From the human T2T-CHM13v2.0 reference genome, Homo sapiens: DNA of 64,000 nt. The stretch lies in the NCBI RefSeq assembly GCF_009914755.1, contig NC_060933.1; one strand, written 5' to 3'. The notes under the pieces were generated by a model. That model was not told where the DNA came from. It did no database searches and saw only the letters and a list, made by a program, of their open reading frames with translations. Below are positions 1-14,291 of this stretch, piece after piece (position 1 is the first letter of the stretch; the number at the start of each line of letters is the position of its first letter). A program made the position numbers and the translations under genes.

Positions 1-662
1 AGGCTGTGGTGTGGGCCTCCGAGCTTTCTGCCCCTCTGCTGAAGTGTTGAGAGCTGGTGTTGTTTGTGCGTCTCCCTCTGCACCTCCACTGGCACCCCTG
101 CAGCCTTAGCTCCCTTGGCTCACGGCATGGTTGACCCTGACATTCACCTCTCTCTTCATCTAGTTCCTCAAAGCTGTGCCCTCTCCCTAAGCTGCCTAAT
201 CCTCTGGCTGACGCATGGACTCTACCATGGAAACTGTGGTAATCATTAGTGCTGCTCACCAACTATCTCTGGATTACACTTCCTGTGCCCCATTTTGGGT
301 GGCTGGGGCCATGTGATTTGTTGATTAAGCTCCAAAATGAGATGAGTCAAGCTAAACATCTAATTGTCTGGGGATAATCCTCCAGAATCCTCTTTCCTCT
401 GCAGTAGCACCCAGCAATATCCAAGATGGTGACTGCTGCATCAGTCTGGATCCCTGAGGATGGAAGATGGGCTGACCTCCCTCTCAGAGTATTTTCTATA
501 TTCTGGCTGCCCCATGGCAACTGAGACACCCTGGGAGGTACTTCAGTTTCCCAAGCCTGTCCAGTATTTCCATCTTGTCTCCCTCCCTCACCACTGGTTT
601 TGACCTTGAGGAGTGAGATAGAGCTGAAATGCCTCTGGCTCTACTCTCTAACTCATGCCTTT

Positions 663-971
<309 letters not shown>

Positions 972-1009
972 AGCCTCCATGAGTTTCTTGAAAGAAGAGC
1001 ATAATCACC

Positions 1010-1310
1010 AACCATTCCTCACTTCTAGCTCCTTCCATTTTTATGTTCAAATTCAGTGGGCATGTGTCAGCCTCATCTCACTTGACCTCTCAGCAGCATT
1101 GCTCCTGTTGACCCCTGGCTTCTTAAAGCCCTGTCCCTCCCTGGTCCTACCTCTCCTAGTTTCTCCCTACTTTCTTTCAGCTACCCTAGGGAGGTCCTCA
1201 GCCTATACACACCCTTTTCATGTTGTTGTTGTCTAGCTTCTGTCTGTGGCTGTCTTTTCTACCTACATCCTCTCTCAGGTGAACTTGTCCATGCCCAAAG
1301 ACTTAGAGAC
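1010..1310 (+). mobile_element. L2 LINE ORF2 fragment
   Basis: cttgacctctcagcagcatt encodes LDLSAA, a reverse transcriptase motif of L2/CR1-type LINEs. Confidence 0.7.
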
Positions 1311-1578
1311 CATCAGATGTCGCCATTGCATCTGCCATCTAACCCTTTATAGTTTCTTCTTTCTTCCCCTGGGATCTGGCCCCTCGACACATTCCTCTTT
1401 AGCTTCCTACTGAAGGTGAGTTTGCAGGGTGGTGGGTGGTGCTGCAGGGGTTGCTCCTTATCTGGGCAATGTTGCACCCTCTCTTTGCTTTTAAAGGCTG
1501 GTAAGGTCTGCCAACATGGGTGTGCTCTGTGCTCTGGCAGGCCTCTCTTTGTCCTAAGCACACCTTTGATCCTGGCTT

Positions 1579-2312
1579 TATAATCACCTGATGGGTTCTT
1601 CCCACCTGCTGCATAGACAAAATCAATTCACTGAGAGCATGGCATTGCAGTAAAGAAAGACTTTAATTGACATAAGGCTGGCTGTGCAGGAGATGGAGTT
1701 ATTACTTAAATCAGCCTCCCTGAGCTGAGAGGCTAGGGTTTTTATGGACAACTTGGTGGGCAGGGGGCTAGGGAATGGGTGCTGCTGATTGGTTGGATAT
1801 AAAATCATAGGGCTGTGGAAAATGGTCCTCATGCACTGAGTCCATCTCTGGGTGGGGCCACAGGATCAGTTGAGTCATGATCCCAAGTGGAGTCAGTCTG
1901 AAAAGCATCTCAAAAAACCAATCTTAGGTTCCACAATAGTGATGTTACCTATAGGAGCAACTGGGGAAGTCACAAATCTTGTGACCTCTGGCTACAAGAC
2001 TCCTGAGCAGTAAGGGATTAGAGAAAGCACACCTACATCTTAGCAGAAATTGGGCCCTCCAACAATCCTAATTTTGTGGACTTTCATTAGTATTACAAAG
2101 GTGGTTTTCAGTCCCTGAGCAAGAAGGGGGTTAGTTTTAGGGAGGGGCTATTATCATCCATGCTTTTAAGTTAAACTGTGCACTAAATTCCCTCCCAAAG
2201 TTAGCTTGGCTCACACTCAGGAATGACCAAGGGCAGTTTGGAGGTCAGAAACAAGATGTAGTCAACTATGTCAGATTTCTGTTACTGTCAGAATTTTACA
2301 AATGCAGTTTCA
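1579..2312 (-). mobile_element. ERV1 solo LTR, LTR8/LTR8A-like
   Basis: Minus strand starts TGAAACTGCATTTGTAAAATT...AAATCTGACATAGTTGACTACATCTTG; imperfect 4-bp TSD gctt/cctt. Confidence 0.8.
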
Positions 2313-2454
2313 CCTTTCCAATACCACAGTTTTTTTGCAGGAGTAAATTGAGTCTCTTTCATTGTCCACTCCCTGGTGTTAACAACCTTGCTTTTTCCAA
2401 TGACTTGAGAGTTCTCCTGTCCAACAAGCAGAAGATAATTTGCTCTCTGAGGTC

Positions 2455-2844
2455 TGTTGAAAGATAAACCTTGGCACATTAAAATTTTAGAGTTTATTTG
2501 AGCAGAGAGCAATTCATGAATGAGGCAACTCCAAACTGGAAGTGTTTTTTTTTTTTTCAGGACTCCACTAAAGGAGCATGAGAAGGAGGCTTTTACAGAG
2601 TGATTGAAGAAGCAAGGCAAAGAAAGTATTTGACTGATTAAAGTGGAGCAGTAGCCTTATTTGGATAATTCCAGTGTAAAGTCCATAGTTAGAGGTTAGT
2701 GGGCAGTTTCTGATTGGTTAAGCTTAAATTTTGTTTTCCTAGAATATGACCAATTCCACTGAGTTGGGTTTTGGTTTGCTCACATAGAAACCCAGGGCAC
2801 TGGAGCTGCCTCAGTCTAATGGCTTCCCAATTAATTATTTTAAC
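2455..2844 (-). mobile_element. ERV1 solo LTR, MER93-like
   Basis: Minus strand GTTAAAATAATTAATTGGGAAGCCATTAGACTGAGG...GAGCAAACCAAAACCCAACTCAG. Confidence 0.7.
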
Positions 2845-3019
2845 TTGTCTCAGACATTTGGTTTCAGAGAGAATTGCATCATTTGAGGAGGGTGAGAAGG
2901 ACCATCTCAGTTAGGCCTTGTCACAGGAATACATTACTACCTTCTGAGGAAGACAGACTGTGCTCTTGGGCAATAGCTGCCACTGTGTGGAGAAGGACTC
3001 TTTCTAATGGCACCTTTCT

Positions 3020-3663
3020 CTAGTCTCCAAACCTTTGCACCAGGAGCTTCCTATGTCTGGAAGACTCTTCCCTTTCCCCCTCTCTTTCTGCAGGTCTTTG
3101 CTCAAGTGTCATTCTTTGACCACTTTATGTTACCTAGCACCCCTCCATTACCCTCCATCCTTTCTTATGGATTTTTCTCCCTTCTCTTTAGCAGTTATCA
3201 CCATCTGACACTTTTTTATTTCATTTTATTTTTATTTTTTTTAGACAGAGTCTCGCTCTGTCGCCCAGGCTGGAGTGCAGTGGCGTGATCTCGGCTCACT
3301 GCAAGCTCCGCCACCCGGGGTTCATGCCACTCTCCTGCCTCAGCCTCCTGAGTAGCTGCGACTACAGGCGCCTGCCACTACGCCTGGCTAATTTTTTGTA
3401 TTTTTAGTACAGACGGAGTTTCACCGTGTTAGCCAGGATGGTCTTGATCTCTTGACCTCATGATCCGCCCACCTTGGCCTTCCACCATCTGACACATTTT
3501 AATCTATTTGGCTGTTGTGCTGTTGTCCTTCTCTCTCTACTGGAATGTAAGCTCCATGAGGCCAGGGATTTCTGCTGCTTTGTTCAGTGCTATATCCCCA
3601 ATGTCTCAGACAGGGCCTGGCACACACAATACACGTTCATTGAATAGATGAATGAATGAATGA
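3020..3663 (+). mobile_element. L2 3' end, split by an Alu
   Basis: gaatgtaagctccatgagg...cctggcaca...(tgaa)n tail. Confidence 0.75.
3212..3482 (-). mobile_element. AluY-type, 5'-truncated
   Basis: AluY-like positions (caagctccgcc, ttagccaggatgg); 13-bp TSD caccatctgacac at 3199-3211 and 3483-3495. Confidence 0.9.
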
Positions 3664-4144
3664 TATCTCCTTCCATGAGACTAGGTAAGTCAGAACAGTA
3701 GATTTTAAACTACCCCAGGTAAACCAAGCCAGAAACTGGGAATTTACCCTAGGCTCTTTCCTCTCCCCAGCATTCAGTGTCACTCAGTTAGTTCTACCTA
3801 TTCCATGTCTCTGAACTTAGTTCCAGTCTCTCTGGCCTCATTCCCAGTTGAGACCCACATCACCTTTCAAGCCGTGGCTCAGTCCCATACCTGTTTTCCG
3901 TGACTTAAGTTCATCATCCTCCAAATCATCCTTCCACGGCAGCCAGAGGGTGTTTCCAACACACAAAGCTGCTAGTGGCACTCCCTGTGCTTAAAAGATT
4001 CCAAAATCTTCCATTTTCCCCAGGGCAAACCCAACCTCTTTTGCATGACATATTTAGATCTTGATAATTTGGCTTCCATGCCTGCAGCCTTATCTGTAGT
4101 AGCTTTTCCCTTAAACTCAGAATCTACCTACCCTCTTCCCCGTT

Positions 4145-4218
4145 CTTCACACCCACACAACCCCCTTCACCCTTCACCACACAACCCCCCCTTCACACAA
4201 CCCCCTCCCCCTTCACCT
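4145..4218. repeat. C/A-rich degenerate tandem repeat (cttcac/acacaacccc)
   Basis: Motifs repeated 3-5 times. Confidence 0.7.
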
Positions 4219-6530
4219 GGTTCAAGAACTAGGACATTCTAGACAGACAGCTGGGCATGGACTGGGAGGGGCCATTCTGAGCTGAGAGTCTTGAGGGACT
4301 CCAACACAAACAAAAACACACAGCTCCTGCTGCTTCCCACCCCAGCCCCCTCTGGATCCACACAAGGCCCTGTGTTTGCCTTTGCCAATGATGTCATTAC
4401 AATGTTTCATTGTAATTGTCTCCTGATTAATCTCTCTCCTCCATCAGACTCTAAATTCCTTGTGGACAAGGTCTTCTCATGTATTGTTTGTAGGCTCAGA
4501 GTCTTTAAAGAAGACTAGCACATGGCACATAGGAGGTATTGGTTGAAAAGATGATGAGTGAATATAATTTTAACAAACACATTAATTTTATTCACAGAAA
4601 TTGAAAAGAAAAGCCTATGATCTTTTTAAAATGGAAAATACCCCAAACTATTTAAAAATAACTCAACTTCTTAATGAAATGGTTTTTATGCTTTACATGC
4701 AACCTTCTCTGAAATATGCAGAGTTATTGACAGTATTATTTTGTATTTGTGTACCTACATGCCTTTAGAAATGAATGTTCCTAGGACAGAATGCAGAAAA
4801 ATACAACTTGAAAGAAATCATCAACATACTGCTCAGGCATTTAATTTTGGTGCTTTGAATACTGATGTGTGTTTGGTGTGTTCTAGTGCAGGTGCAGGGC
4901 CTGTGGGGCAGCCCTTTCTCTGGGCCACCTCCTCAGCATTCCTCCTTCCTGCCCTGGGGTTGACGGCACTTAGAGACGGAAGTGGTTGTACAGTCTCCAA
5001 GGTCTATTTAATCTTTGGCCCAGTTACTGAATTTGCCAAAAAAGAGGGCAATTAGTTCCAGGTGTGATGCTGGGTCTCTAAAGTGGAACTTCCCTATTGG
5101 GAAGCTGGCTCACACCTGCCTGCAAATGGCTCCAACGTCATTACCAAGCCTCTTTCTTGCCTATGGGGTGGGAAGAGAACTCTGTTCTCTTGTTTTATTT
5201 CAAAGTCAGTGTCCCATATCTCCTACAGAATCAAGCATGCATTTGGTAATGTTCCTTCCACAATCTGAGAATTCAGTGCTATTTAGGCCATACAAGTTAC
5301 AAGTAAGAAATGACCCTCTGAAATATCTCAAAGCATACTTTTATTGGAAAGAAAAAAAGACATTTTCCCCTTTTCACTAGTTTAAAAAGACATCTGTTTT
5401 GATGAAACTGGTCTTGCCCTTCACTCATGGTGTGGCTCTTTTTACCCAATGGGTGATTTGTCCCCAGAGAGGATGATGTAACAATTTCTCTCTCCATGAA
5501 GGAGCGTAAAGAAAAACTGTGCTGAATTTTACGTACTGTAAAACCCCCTGCTTAATGTTTTCCAGCATTGAATGCTCATCTTATACACCCCTGCCATGTT
5601 CCCAATTACAGTGTTCCTTCCTCCAGCCCCTGGGAAAACCAATTTTACTATTAGTTGTACACACTTGTGGATCCATGTTTTCATTCTCAGTCAAGAATCA
5701 TGGCAAATTCTGAGCAGCTGATGTATATATGGGGAACTAACATTGTTCATTCTTTAAAAAGCTCCCTATGGTATCAGATGTCACACAGAATTCATGGGGG
5801 CAGGAAGGCGGCCCCAACTCCCTAAATGCCTGCAGGTCACTCCGTTCATCCCCCAACTCCTGCCAGGCCCTCAGTCCCTGTGGTTTCAACAGAGGCCTGT
5901 GACCTCAGACTTGAACTTTGGGGAGGTTGTTCCCACCCAGATATAAAGAACATCTATGAGCAGAACATGAGGATTTGATTAGAAAATGTGTTCAGGAGGT
6001 TGAACGGCTATGTACCAAGAAATGTTCTCTCATTCTTATGTAGTGTATAAAACCCGTGAACAATTTAGGATTGATTAAGAAATATTGGAATTCTATAGCA
6101 CAGTACGTGAACTCTTTTCAAAATGGAAACAGAGGAAGTTCCTTATTTATAGTCTAAGAGTCTGACTTAAAAACCAAATGCATTTAAGGGCAGAATCAGG
6201 GAGGTGTGGATCTTCTGCTCCATAAAGATCATGATTCTTTACTAGATACCAATCTTTTATAAATGTTGAGGTGAACTCCAAGGCCATATCCTTATTGGAG
6301 CACTAGTAAAACTATAATAGTTTCATAGCACTAACATGGAAAAATCTAACTATTAAGCCACATTCTTCTATTCTGTCCAATGTATTTACTTTGGGCATCA
6401 ACTTTTCTAAAATACCCTGAGATCATTGTATGACGTATACTTCTAATAACTTGTAAGCTTTAGGATGGAAGATAAAATAAAAGATAAAACAGTATGTCAA
6501 CGTTTGTGAGAGCTCCCTTTAAAGAATCCT

Positions 6531-6922
6531 TGTCTTCGTCTGTTCCTGCTGCTATAACAAAATACTACAGACTTGGCAATTGATGACATAATAGAACTCA
6601 CAGTTAAATAATAGGCTCTCACAGTTTGAAGGGCTGGGACATCCAGAAGGTGCCAGCAGATTCATGTGTGGTAAGATGGCATTTTGTTGCTGTGTCCTCC
6701 CGAGAGGATGAATGTTGTGTCCTCCCGAGAGATGAATGCTGTGTCCTCACATGGCACAAGGCAAAAAAAAAAAAAAAAAAAAAAAAGCAAAACAGGCCTT
6801 TTATAAGGGCACGAATCCCATTCATGAAGGTGGAGCCCTCATGACCTAATCACCATCTAATATTGCACTGAGGATCACTTTCGACATACATTTTGGAGGA
6901 ACACAAACATTCGAACCAGAGC
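6531..6922 (-). mobile_element. MaLR LTR (MSTC/MSTD-like) with internal 24-25 bp tandem duplication and A-run
   Basis: gctgctataacaaaatac...caaacattcgaaccagagc. Confidence 0.8.
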
Positions 6923-7261
6923 TGTGCTAAAAAAGAAATTTTTTTAAGCTTTTAAGATAGCCAATAATGCCGGTGATAATTTACCCAATAAAATATATGA
7001 GCTCTTGGTTCAAGATTACATTTATTTAGGAAAGTCAGCATTTGGTGCTTTGTAAACTCCCTTAGATGAATACTAGTCCTAAGTGACAGAATAAGATTCT
7101 TTTCCTCCATGTTACTGAGAGATTAAGGGCAGATGACAGACTAAATACCAATGTAGCTCTGAACCCACGGAAAATGCTGGGAAGACAAGGATCAGAAATG
7201 ATAGGGAGGGAGTTGGCATGCAATAGTTCTCTCAAAGGCATTAGAAACTTTCACTCATTCA

Positions 7262-7499
<238 letters not shown>

Positions 7500-7500
<1 letters not shown>

Positions 7501-7645
7501 ATAATAATTGAGCCAGTAAGCATTTGATACTGATGTTCAGAAAAGACTTAAAGTCACTGGTAAGATACATCTCAATAGTATTCTCTCTGACAACAACAGA
7601 AGTCCTTCAATTAGTGGGGGTTAGTGATTTTGGAAACTTGACCTT
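7500..7645 (-). pseudogene. Pseudo-exon (3' end uncertain): EGQVSKITNPTN*RTSVVVRENTIEM
   Basis: Strong acceptor ctctctgttttcctttatattcatcaccag|AAG (NAGNAG); continues the 39-nt exon in phase 1; no clear donor. Confidence 0.45.
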
Positions 7646-8084
7646 CTGGTGATGAATATAAAGGAAAACAGAGAGATCTGTGGGAGGTTGCCAATGCTTA
7701 TGTCACAACTGTATACATTGTGCATATCATATGCATCAGATTCTTTTGGAATGACATGGAACAAATACATTTTAATAAGATACCCAGGCATAATTGAGCA
7801 AAGATTTTTCTTTCAAACACAAAATTAACTGTAGGAAAATACTCTTCTCTGATAATATTTCTAAATTCCAGCTTATTTTTAAGCTTTGTTTCCTTGTGAG
7901 ATTTTAAAAAAATAATATTTCCTATTTTAGCTGAGTCAAATACAACAATAACAATACCACTTGTTTGGGAAATGTGATATTGCTGGAGTGATTCCCTATA
8001 GGAATGCAGAAAACGTCCCTAGTATTTAAGCTAGAAGATGTGGCATCTGTTGCATATAAGCTCTCCAAAGACAATTTTGTATAC

Positions 8085-8123
8085 CTGTTTTTTGAGCAGA
8101 TGTTCTCTTCATTTTAAATGGCC
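8085..8123 (-). pseudogene. 39-nt phase 1-1 pseudo-exon: GPFKMKRTSAQKT
   Basis: aatcatag|GG...ACAG|gtatac; open frame; length divisible by 3. Confidence 0.5.
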
Positions 8124-8329
8124 CTATGATTAATGTGCCAGTAGAATGCAAAGGTGTTCTCAAAATTTTATACACACCATATGAGTCATCCTGCATGCAT
8201 TATGCATGTATACCTTTAAATCTCAAGAAAGCCCTAGAAATTGTCTGACTTATCCTGCATTAGTGTACATTTGTTGGTCCACAAAGATTTCCTCAGTTCA
8301 GATCTGTAATACCCTTTTAAAATTCCTAC

Positions 8330-8646
8330 CTGTTTATTAACACGTTTCCTTTTCTCCTTTTGCTGTGTCATTGATTTTCTTCTCTTCATTTAGCATTCTC
8401 TCTGAATGAGGAGCCTGGCTGGCTGTAGTATTTCACTAGCCATAAAGCCTCTTGTTGGCCTGCTTGAATATTCTGCTCGCTCCCCTATCCAATATTTCAG
8501 ATGCTTCCTCAGCATCCTCTTGGTCTGCAGAGCACTTGGCTGTTGTAGAAGACAAAGTGTGCCTCTCTTTGGGAGGTAAACTGAGAACAGTCTTCCAGCA
8601 AATCATGCTCACCCTCAAACTCTTCATCATCAACTGTGAGCATCTC
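8330..8646 (-). pseudogene. 317-nt pseudo-exon, acidic (TVDDEEFEGEHDLLED...DQEDAEEASEILDR...EEKKINDTAKGEKET)
   Basis: tatttttgcttttggaaag|G acceptor and ACAG|gtagga donor; purine-rich minus strand; requires frameshifts. Confidence 0.6.
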
Positions 8647-9321
8647 CTTTCCAAAAGCAAAAATAATAGTCTGTAACCTGGCAGGTACACTATCTTCTAG
8701 GTTGAGCTCATAGAGTTTTAAAATTCAATGTTAATATGGTAAAACAGTACTTCTGAGTTGTTAAGCAATGGGTTTCCTCCTACCTGCCTTTAAGTAATTT
8801 TTTCCCTTTCCCTTGTTTCCATTCAACAACCGTCAGAGAAGAGCTGCAGCAGGATGTAAAACTTTCCTGAGTACGTATTCCAAACACTTAAGCACATTAA
8901 CAAGATTATGCTGGGTGCCCCTGAGGCAAACCTCAAGAGAGAGGGGGCATCACTCAAGAGCCTCCCATGGTAACTTTATTCTCTGCTTCAAGAAACAGAG
9001 CAGGCTTCTTTCCTCCCAGTTGTCCCTAGGGTGTCCCCAAGAATTAGGGTATAGGCTGGAGGCAGAGAGGTGCTATTATCATAGTTTTGGAGTTTCCTGG
9101 TCTGTGCTCAGGGCTGAGAGCCACAGGGGACTCAGACCTCACGCTGTCATTAGCCAGAGTAGAATCCCAGGGAGCTGTCAAGATACCAGGGAGGAAGTTG
9201 CTCCCTGCTGCATTTAGGTACGTGATGCTACAGTCAGCCTTGATGAAATCTGCATGCCTGGAATGAGTAGAAGAGGAGAAAGCCACCAGACTACAGGGGT
9301 CCTCTGGACATGAAAGAAAGC

Positions 9322-9686
9322 TGTTGTTTTTTTGTGCTGCTATAACAAAATGCCACAGACTGGGTAATTTGTAAAAAATAGAAATTTAATTCTCAAAATG
9401 CTGGAGGCTGGGAAGTCCAAGGTCAAGGTGCTGGCCTTCAGTGTTTGGTGAGAGTTCTCTGCTTCCTCGATGGTGCCTTATTGCTGCGTCCTCACGTGGC
9501 AGAAGAACAGAAGAGCAGCAAAGGGCTAAATGCTGGATGAAGCCTCTTTTATAAAAGCCCTAATCCCATTCGCAAGGGCTCTGCCTTCATGACTTAATTG
9601 CCTCTTAAAGGCCCTACCTCTTACTATTGTCACATTAGCAATTACATTTCAACACATGAGTTTGGGGGGACCTTCCAATAATAGCA
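9322..9686 (-). mobile_element. MaLR LTR (MST/MLT1A-like)
   Basis: gctgctataacaaaatgccacagactgggtaattt...gctgggaagtccaagg. Confidence 0.8.
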
Positions 9687-9899
9687 GCTGTGGCAGGACA
9701 GCCAGCATAGAGAGAAGAGTTGAGGATCATGTTCCACCCTCCCACCCAGTACAAATAGCTTTCCTATTATGATGGCACACATCTTGAAAATTACGGAGGC
9801 CTGAGATGGATATTACATTTTATTAAAAAAATTAACATATTTTTAGGTTTTTTGAGTAGTAAATGAAATATACTCACTGAATTCATATGTTTGGCATTT

Positions 9900-12800
9900 T
9901 GTTGCAATTTTACAACACTGGCTTATTTCATTTATAAAACTGATAAATGCTTGTAATAATAATAAACAAAGAAGAAAACAACAAATCACAAGAAATACTA
10001 CCACATAGAGATAACCTATGTTAACAGTTGATGAGCCTCATTCTAGACATATCTCCAGGGATAGTCACAGACCAAAGGATGGAGAGAAGAGAGAGAGGGA
10101 GAGGATTTTATTAAAAGGGCATCATACTACATATGCTATATTGAAATAAAAAAGATTACACTTCATTTTACTTGAATTTAATATTTAATACAGGAAAAAA
10201 ACACTGAACCAAAACTAAAGGAATTTGCTATGCCTCACATAATTTCTTCTTGATCAGAAGAAATACTAGTTTGTATAAGAATCTTTGAAAATTAAGAGGG
10301 AAAAATATTAGGAGGCTAAAATCATTATATATGTTTATAAAAATACCTTTGGACTTTATTATTGATTCCCTGATTGAAATTATAAGATTAGTATTTTTGC
10401 ACTTCCTCTCCCATACCCTCCCTCAAGTCCCCATATTTCATTAAAGTCCCATCTCAATGACTTTGGGCTTGGCCATGTTACTTACTTTGGCCAATGGATT
10501 GTGACTGGACATAATGTTTGCCTCTTAAGCAAAAGGTTTTTCTGTGAGCATGTGCTTTGGTGTGGGACCTCTTAGTTTAGCCCTCCATGGTGAAAACAGC
10601 ATGTTCTAAAGAGGGACTTCTCATTCAGTCTGGATTCAGCAAGGAGAAAATACGTGGTGTTGAACCCAACAGAATCACAGCTGATTTACTGCCCTTATCT
10701 AATGTGTGAGCAAGATAAAAATGTTTGTTATTATAAGTCAGTAGAATATAAGTTTTGTTTGTTATAGCATCCAAAGTAGGAACTTAAAAAAAACTTTATA
10801 TATTTATATTCCGTCCTATAAACACAGTTTCTTCAATTGTTTAGTCTTGGTTTTATAATTAAATGGATTTAGTGTTGAACACCAATGCCTCTACTATGAC
10901 TTCTCCATTTATTTTGATTTATCTCTTGATTAGCTAGATTTCATCATCCAAGTAGACTTTTCCAGAAGGGTTCATGGTTGCTGTGTTTTGAGTTTTTCAG
11001 ATTTGTGAATACCTTCTTGCAGCCCTTCTCTACTTGAAGACCAACTTGGCTGTGCATAGTATTCTTGTATTATAATTTTTTCACCTTAGAGTTTTGACAG
11101 CATTAAAAGAAATAGAACAATAGTTAAATAATGCTTATTGAAAAATTCAAATGCCAGGCTGATACTTTTTTCCCGTAATACATAATTTTTCCTTTTGCCT
11201 GAATACCTCACACATACTTCATTTGTTTGTTTGGATTTCAATAAGTAAACCAGGATATGTCTCTACATGGATCATTATAGATCCATTTTTTAGGCTTTTT
11301 CTATCTCTAGATTGTTTTATTTCATGGAAATTTTTCTTTATTATGGCTCTGAATATTTTCTTCTGTTTAATTTATTAGATTCTCTACTTCAAGGACACTA
11401 AGTTATCTATATAGTCAATCATTTGAGTTTTTTATTTTTTAAAATTGTGATAAAATAAACATGACAAAAAACCATTCTGTCCATTTTTTAGTGTACAGTC
11501 CAGTGGCATTAAGTATATTCACACTGTTGTGCAACCATAGCCACCACCCATTTCCAGAACTCATTTTATTTTGCAAAACTGAAACTCTCTACCCATTAAA
11601 CAACTGCCCATTCCTTCTTCCACCTACCCTAGCAACCGCCATTTTACTGTCTATGAATTTAACTACTTTAGGTAACTCATATAAGTGGGATCAGACAATA
11701 CTTGTCCTTTTATGACTAGCTTATTTCACTTAATATAATGTTTTCAAGGTTCATCTACTGTTGTATGTGTGAGAATTTCATTCCTTTTTAAGGCTTATAT
11801 TCCGTTGTATATATATCACCACATTTTGTTTATCCTTTTATCTGTCAGTGGGCACTTGGGTTGCTTCTGTCTTTTGGCTATTGTGAATAATGCTGCTATA
11901 AACATGGGTACACCAATATCTGTTTGAGTTTCCACCTCCAATTCTTTTGGGTATATACCCAGAAGTAGAATTGCTGGATCATATTTAATTTTTTGAGGAA
12001 CTGCCATACCATTGTCCACAGTGGCTGCACAATTTTACATTCCAACCAACATTGCATGAATATTCTAATTTCTCCATATCCTCACCTATTCTTGTCTTCT
12101 GTTTTTTGTTTTTGTTTTAATAATAGCTACCTAATGGGTATGAAGTGGCAGATCATTTCTTGATCTATTCTCTCTATATATACCATCTCTTCTCTATTTG
12201 CTATAATCACTTTGTCATTCTCATCTATATATGCTGTGATAAATTCAAGCCTTCTTTCAAGTTAATGAATCCAGACATATCTATTTTGTTTGTTGCTATT
12301 ACTCCTTAGATATGGCATACTCTTGTTTTGGTAATCAATTAGTTTCCTAGTTTTGCAGTGTGTATTTTCAACTCATTCTGTAGTTTTATTATCCTCATAT
12401 ATTGAATTAAGATATTTTTAAAATGTTGTATCTTAAAGCATTTCCAAGGAGTATCATTCTGTTTTTTGGCACAGGTTTTCCTTGAGACTAGGTTCATATC
12501 TGTCTTTTGCCTGTTATGTTGCTTTGTGTCGTTTTCTTTTCCTTTTTTTTCTCATAAGTTTGTATAGTTGCCATTCCTCTTCTCTTCTTGTTTATATTTA
12601 ATGTACAACATAGGTAGCTCTAACCAGTCTTCTCTTTGCTCTGAGAGCTTATGACCACACACTTCTTGCCACCCTTTTGTCATTTTCTAAGCCTACTTCT
12701 CTTCCTCTCTCAGCTGCAGTTTGAGGATAAGTTTAGATTTCTGTCCACTTTTCTGTAAGGATTAGGGAAAGCAAAAGAGATTATCTGGGGGCTGAAAACA

Positions 12801-13330
12801 ATCTTTGTCATGGGACGTGAATTCTCTGGCTTTTTTGTTTTTGTTTTTTTAATTCTCTGTTAGGAGGCCCCACTTCTGCAGAAATACACTCCACTCCTAT
12901 GATTTTGGGCTGTTCCCCAAGCAGCTCAGAGCCCAGGCAGCATTTCCGGCCTCAGCCTTGGATCCTTCAGGCATGTACAGCCTTCTACCCTTTAACACTT
13001 TTCCTTGACTTTTCCCTGAGCTGCCCATTCTCTCCCACAGGCTGCTTCTTTCAAGTTAGGAGGTATTTCTAAGAAGCACAGAATTTTGTCAGTTCTTCTT
13101 TCTTTACTATTATTTCTAGAAGGGTGGGGTTAGAAAGCAAGCCACAAAGGAATCTTTTGTTGTTTTTCTCTCACTGACATTTTCTTAACATTTATGTTAT
13201 GAAGTTTAATCCTTTTGCCTTTTTTGGCTGTTTTTGATTATTGGTTTATAAATTTTTAATGCATTTTGTTAGGTACCAGAAGGAAAATATTTTGTAATCA
13301 GGATTTGTTCTGCTATTTTACCTGAAATCC
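9900..13330 (-). mobile_element. Old L1M fragments with a nested MLT1-like LTR (about 10420-10770) and an L1MB-type 3' end (about 11430-12150)
   Basis: T-rich L1 antisense sequence; track ORF 11816-12019 (PAILLLGIYPKE, MFIAALFTIAK) is the L1 ORF2 C-terminus. Confidence 0.75.
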
Positions 13331-13837
13331 AATATATTTTTAAAATTCCTTCCGCAGGGCCATGGAGAGTGTCACCTGCCCTCTAAGGAGAAACAAAGAT
13401 TGTGATTCTTTAGCATGGAAGGGATATTTGTTAGAATTTGTATCAGCTATACCGACCTTACGTTTTTCACTTACTGTGAATTCCAGAGAAACTTATAACT
13501 TCTTCACTAATAGATCGCAAGAGGGGCTTAACTTTTTCATTTAGAATGCTGACCTCTTAGGCTTGAATGTTCATTTTGAGAGGGGCTTTTCCCCTCCCTG
13601 AATCCTGGACTTGTATTGAAGGGCTGAGTTGAAGAGAAGGTCAAGTCAGGAGGAAATGTGGCCTAAGGGGTTGGAGTAGTTAGGGCCGTTATTTTGCTGG
13701 CTGAGGAATGGAGTAGCTGCCCCCAGGATGCTGACCAGCAGGAGAGGGGCTCCTGGGGAATGAGGTGGGCTCCAGCTTGTGAGGGGGTGGGAACAAGCTA
13801 GATTCTCTGCTGGCCTAGGTTCTGTTTAACTCCCTAC

Positions 13838-13933
13838 CTGCCTTCTCTTTGTCTCACATCGCCTCTGCTGCTTTTGTTCCCTGCTCTTCTGCTTTTCCAG
13901 TCCTGCCTCTGTCCAGGTCCGACTCCACAAGAA
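13838..13933 (-). pseudogene. 96-nt phase 1-1 pseudo-exon: VLVESDLDRGRTGKAEEQGTKAAEAM*DKEKA
   Basis: ttcaaag|TT...GCAG|gtaggg; a single TGA. Caveat: the plus strand here also resembles a polypyrimidine acceptor. Confidence 0.6.
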
Positions 13934-14249
13934 CTTTGAACATAGCGATGGACAATGCAAAACTAGAATCACTCTTCTTTGAACATAATTGCATCATTCC
14001 CTTCCTAAGTCAGTCTCTTCCCACATTTATCAATTACTTTAACTACTTGACAGGTCTTGTCTTAGTCTCTTAAATGATTTGTGATGATGGGCTCTATGTG
14101 ACAGTCAAACAAGAACATAATGCTTTAGACTCACATTTCTGTTCAAACAGAAGCGCCTATTCACTTACAACTAGAATATCACCAGTGTCAAAGAGCACAA
14201 AAATGTTCACATTGTTCCAGGAAGAAATGTTACAAATCTTTTCTGATAT

Positions 14250-14254
14250 GTGTA

Positions 14255-14290
<36 letters not shown>
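14250..14290. repeat. (TG)n(TA)n microsatellite
   Basis: Seen directly. Confidence 0.9.

Positions 14291-14291
<1 letters not shown>

Noticed and set aside
11816-12019. ORF resembling the L1 ORF2 C-terminus
   Set aside because: Degenerate L1 fragment, not a host gene or an active element.
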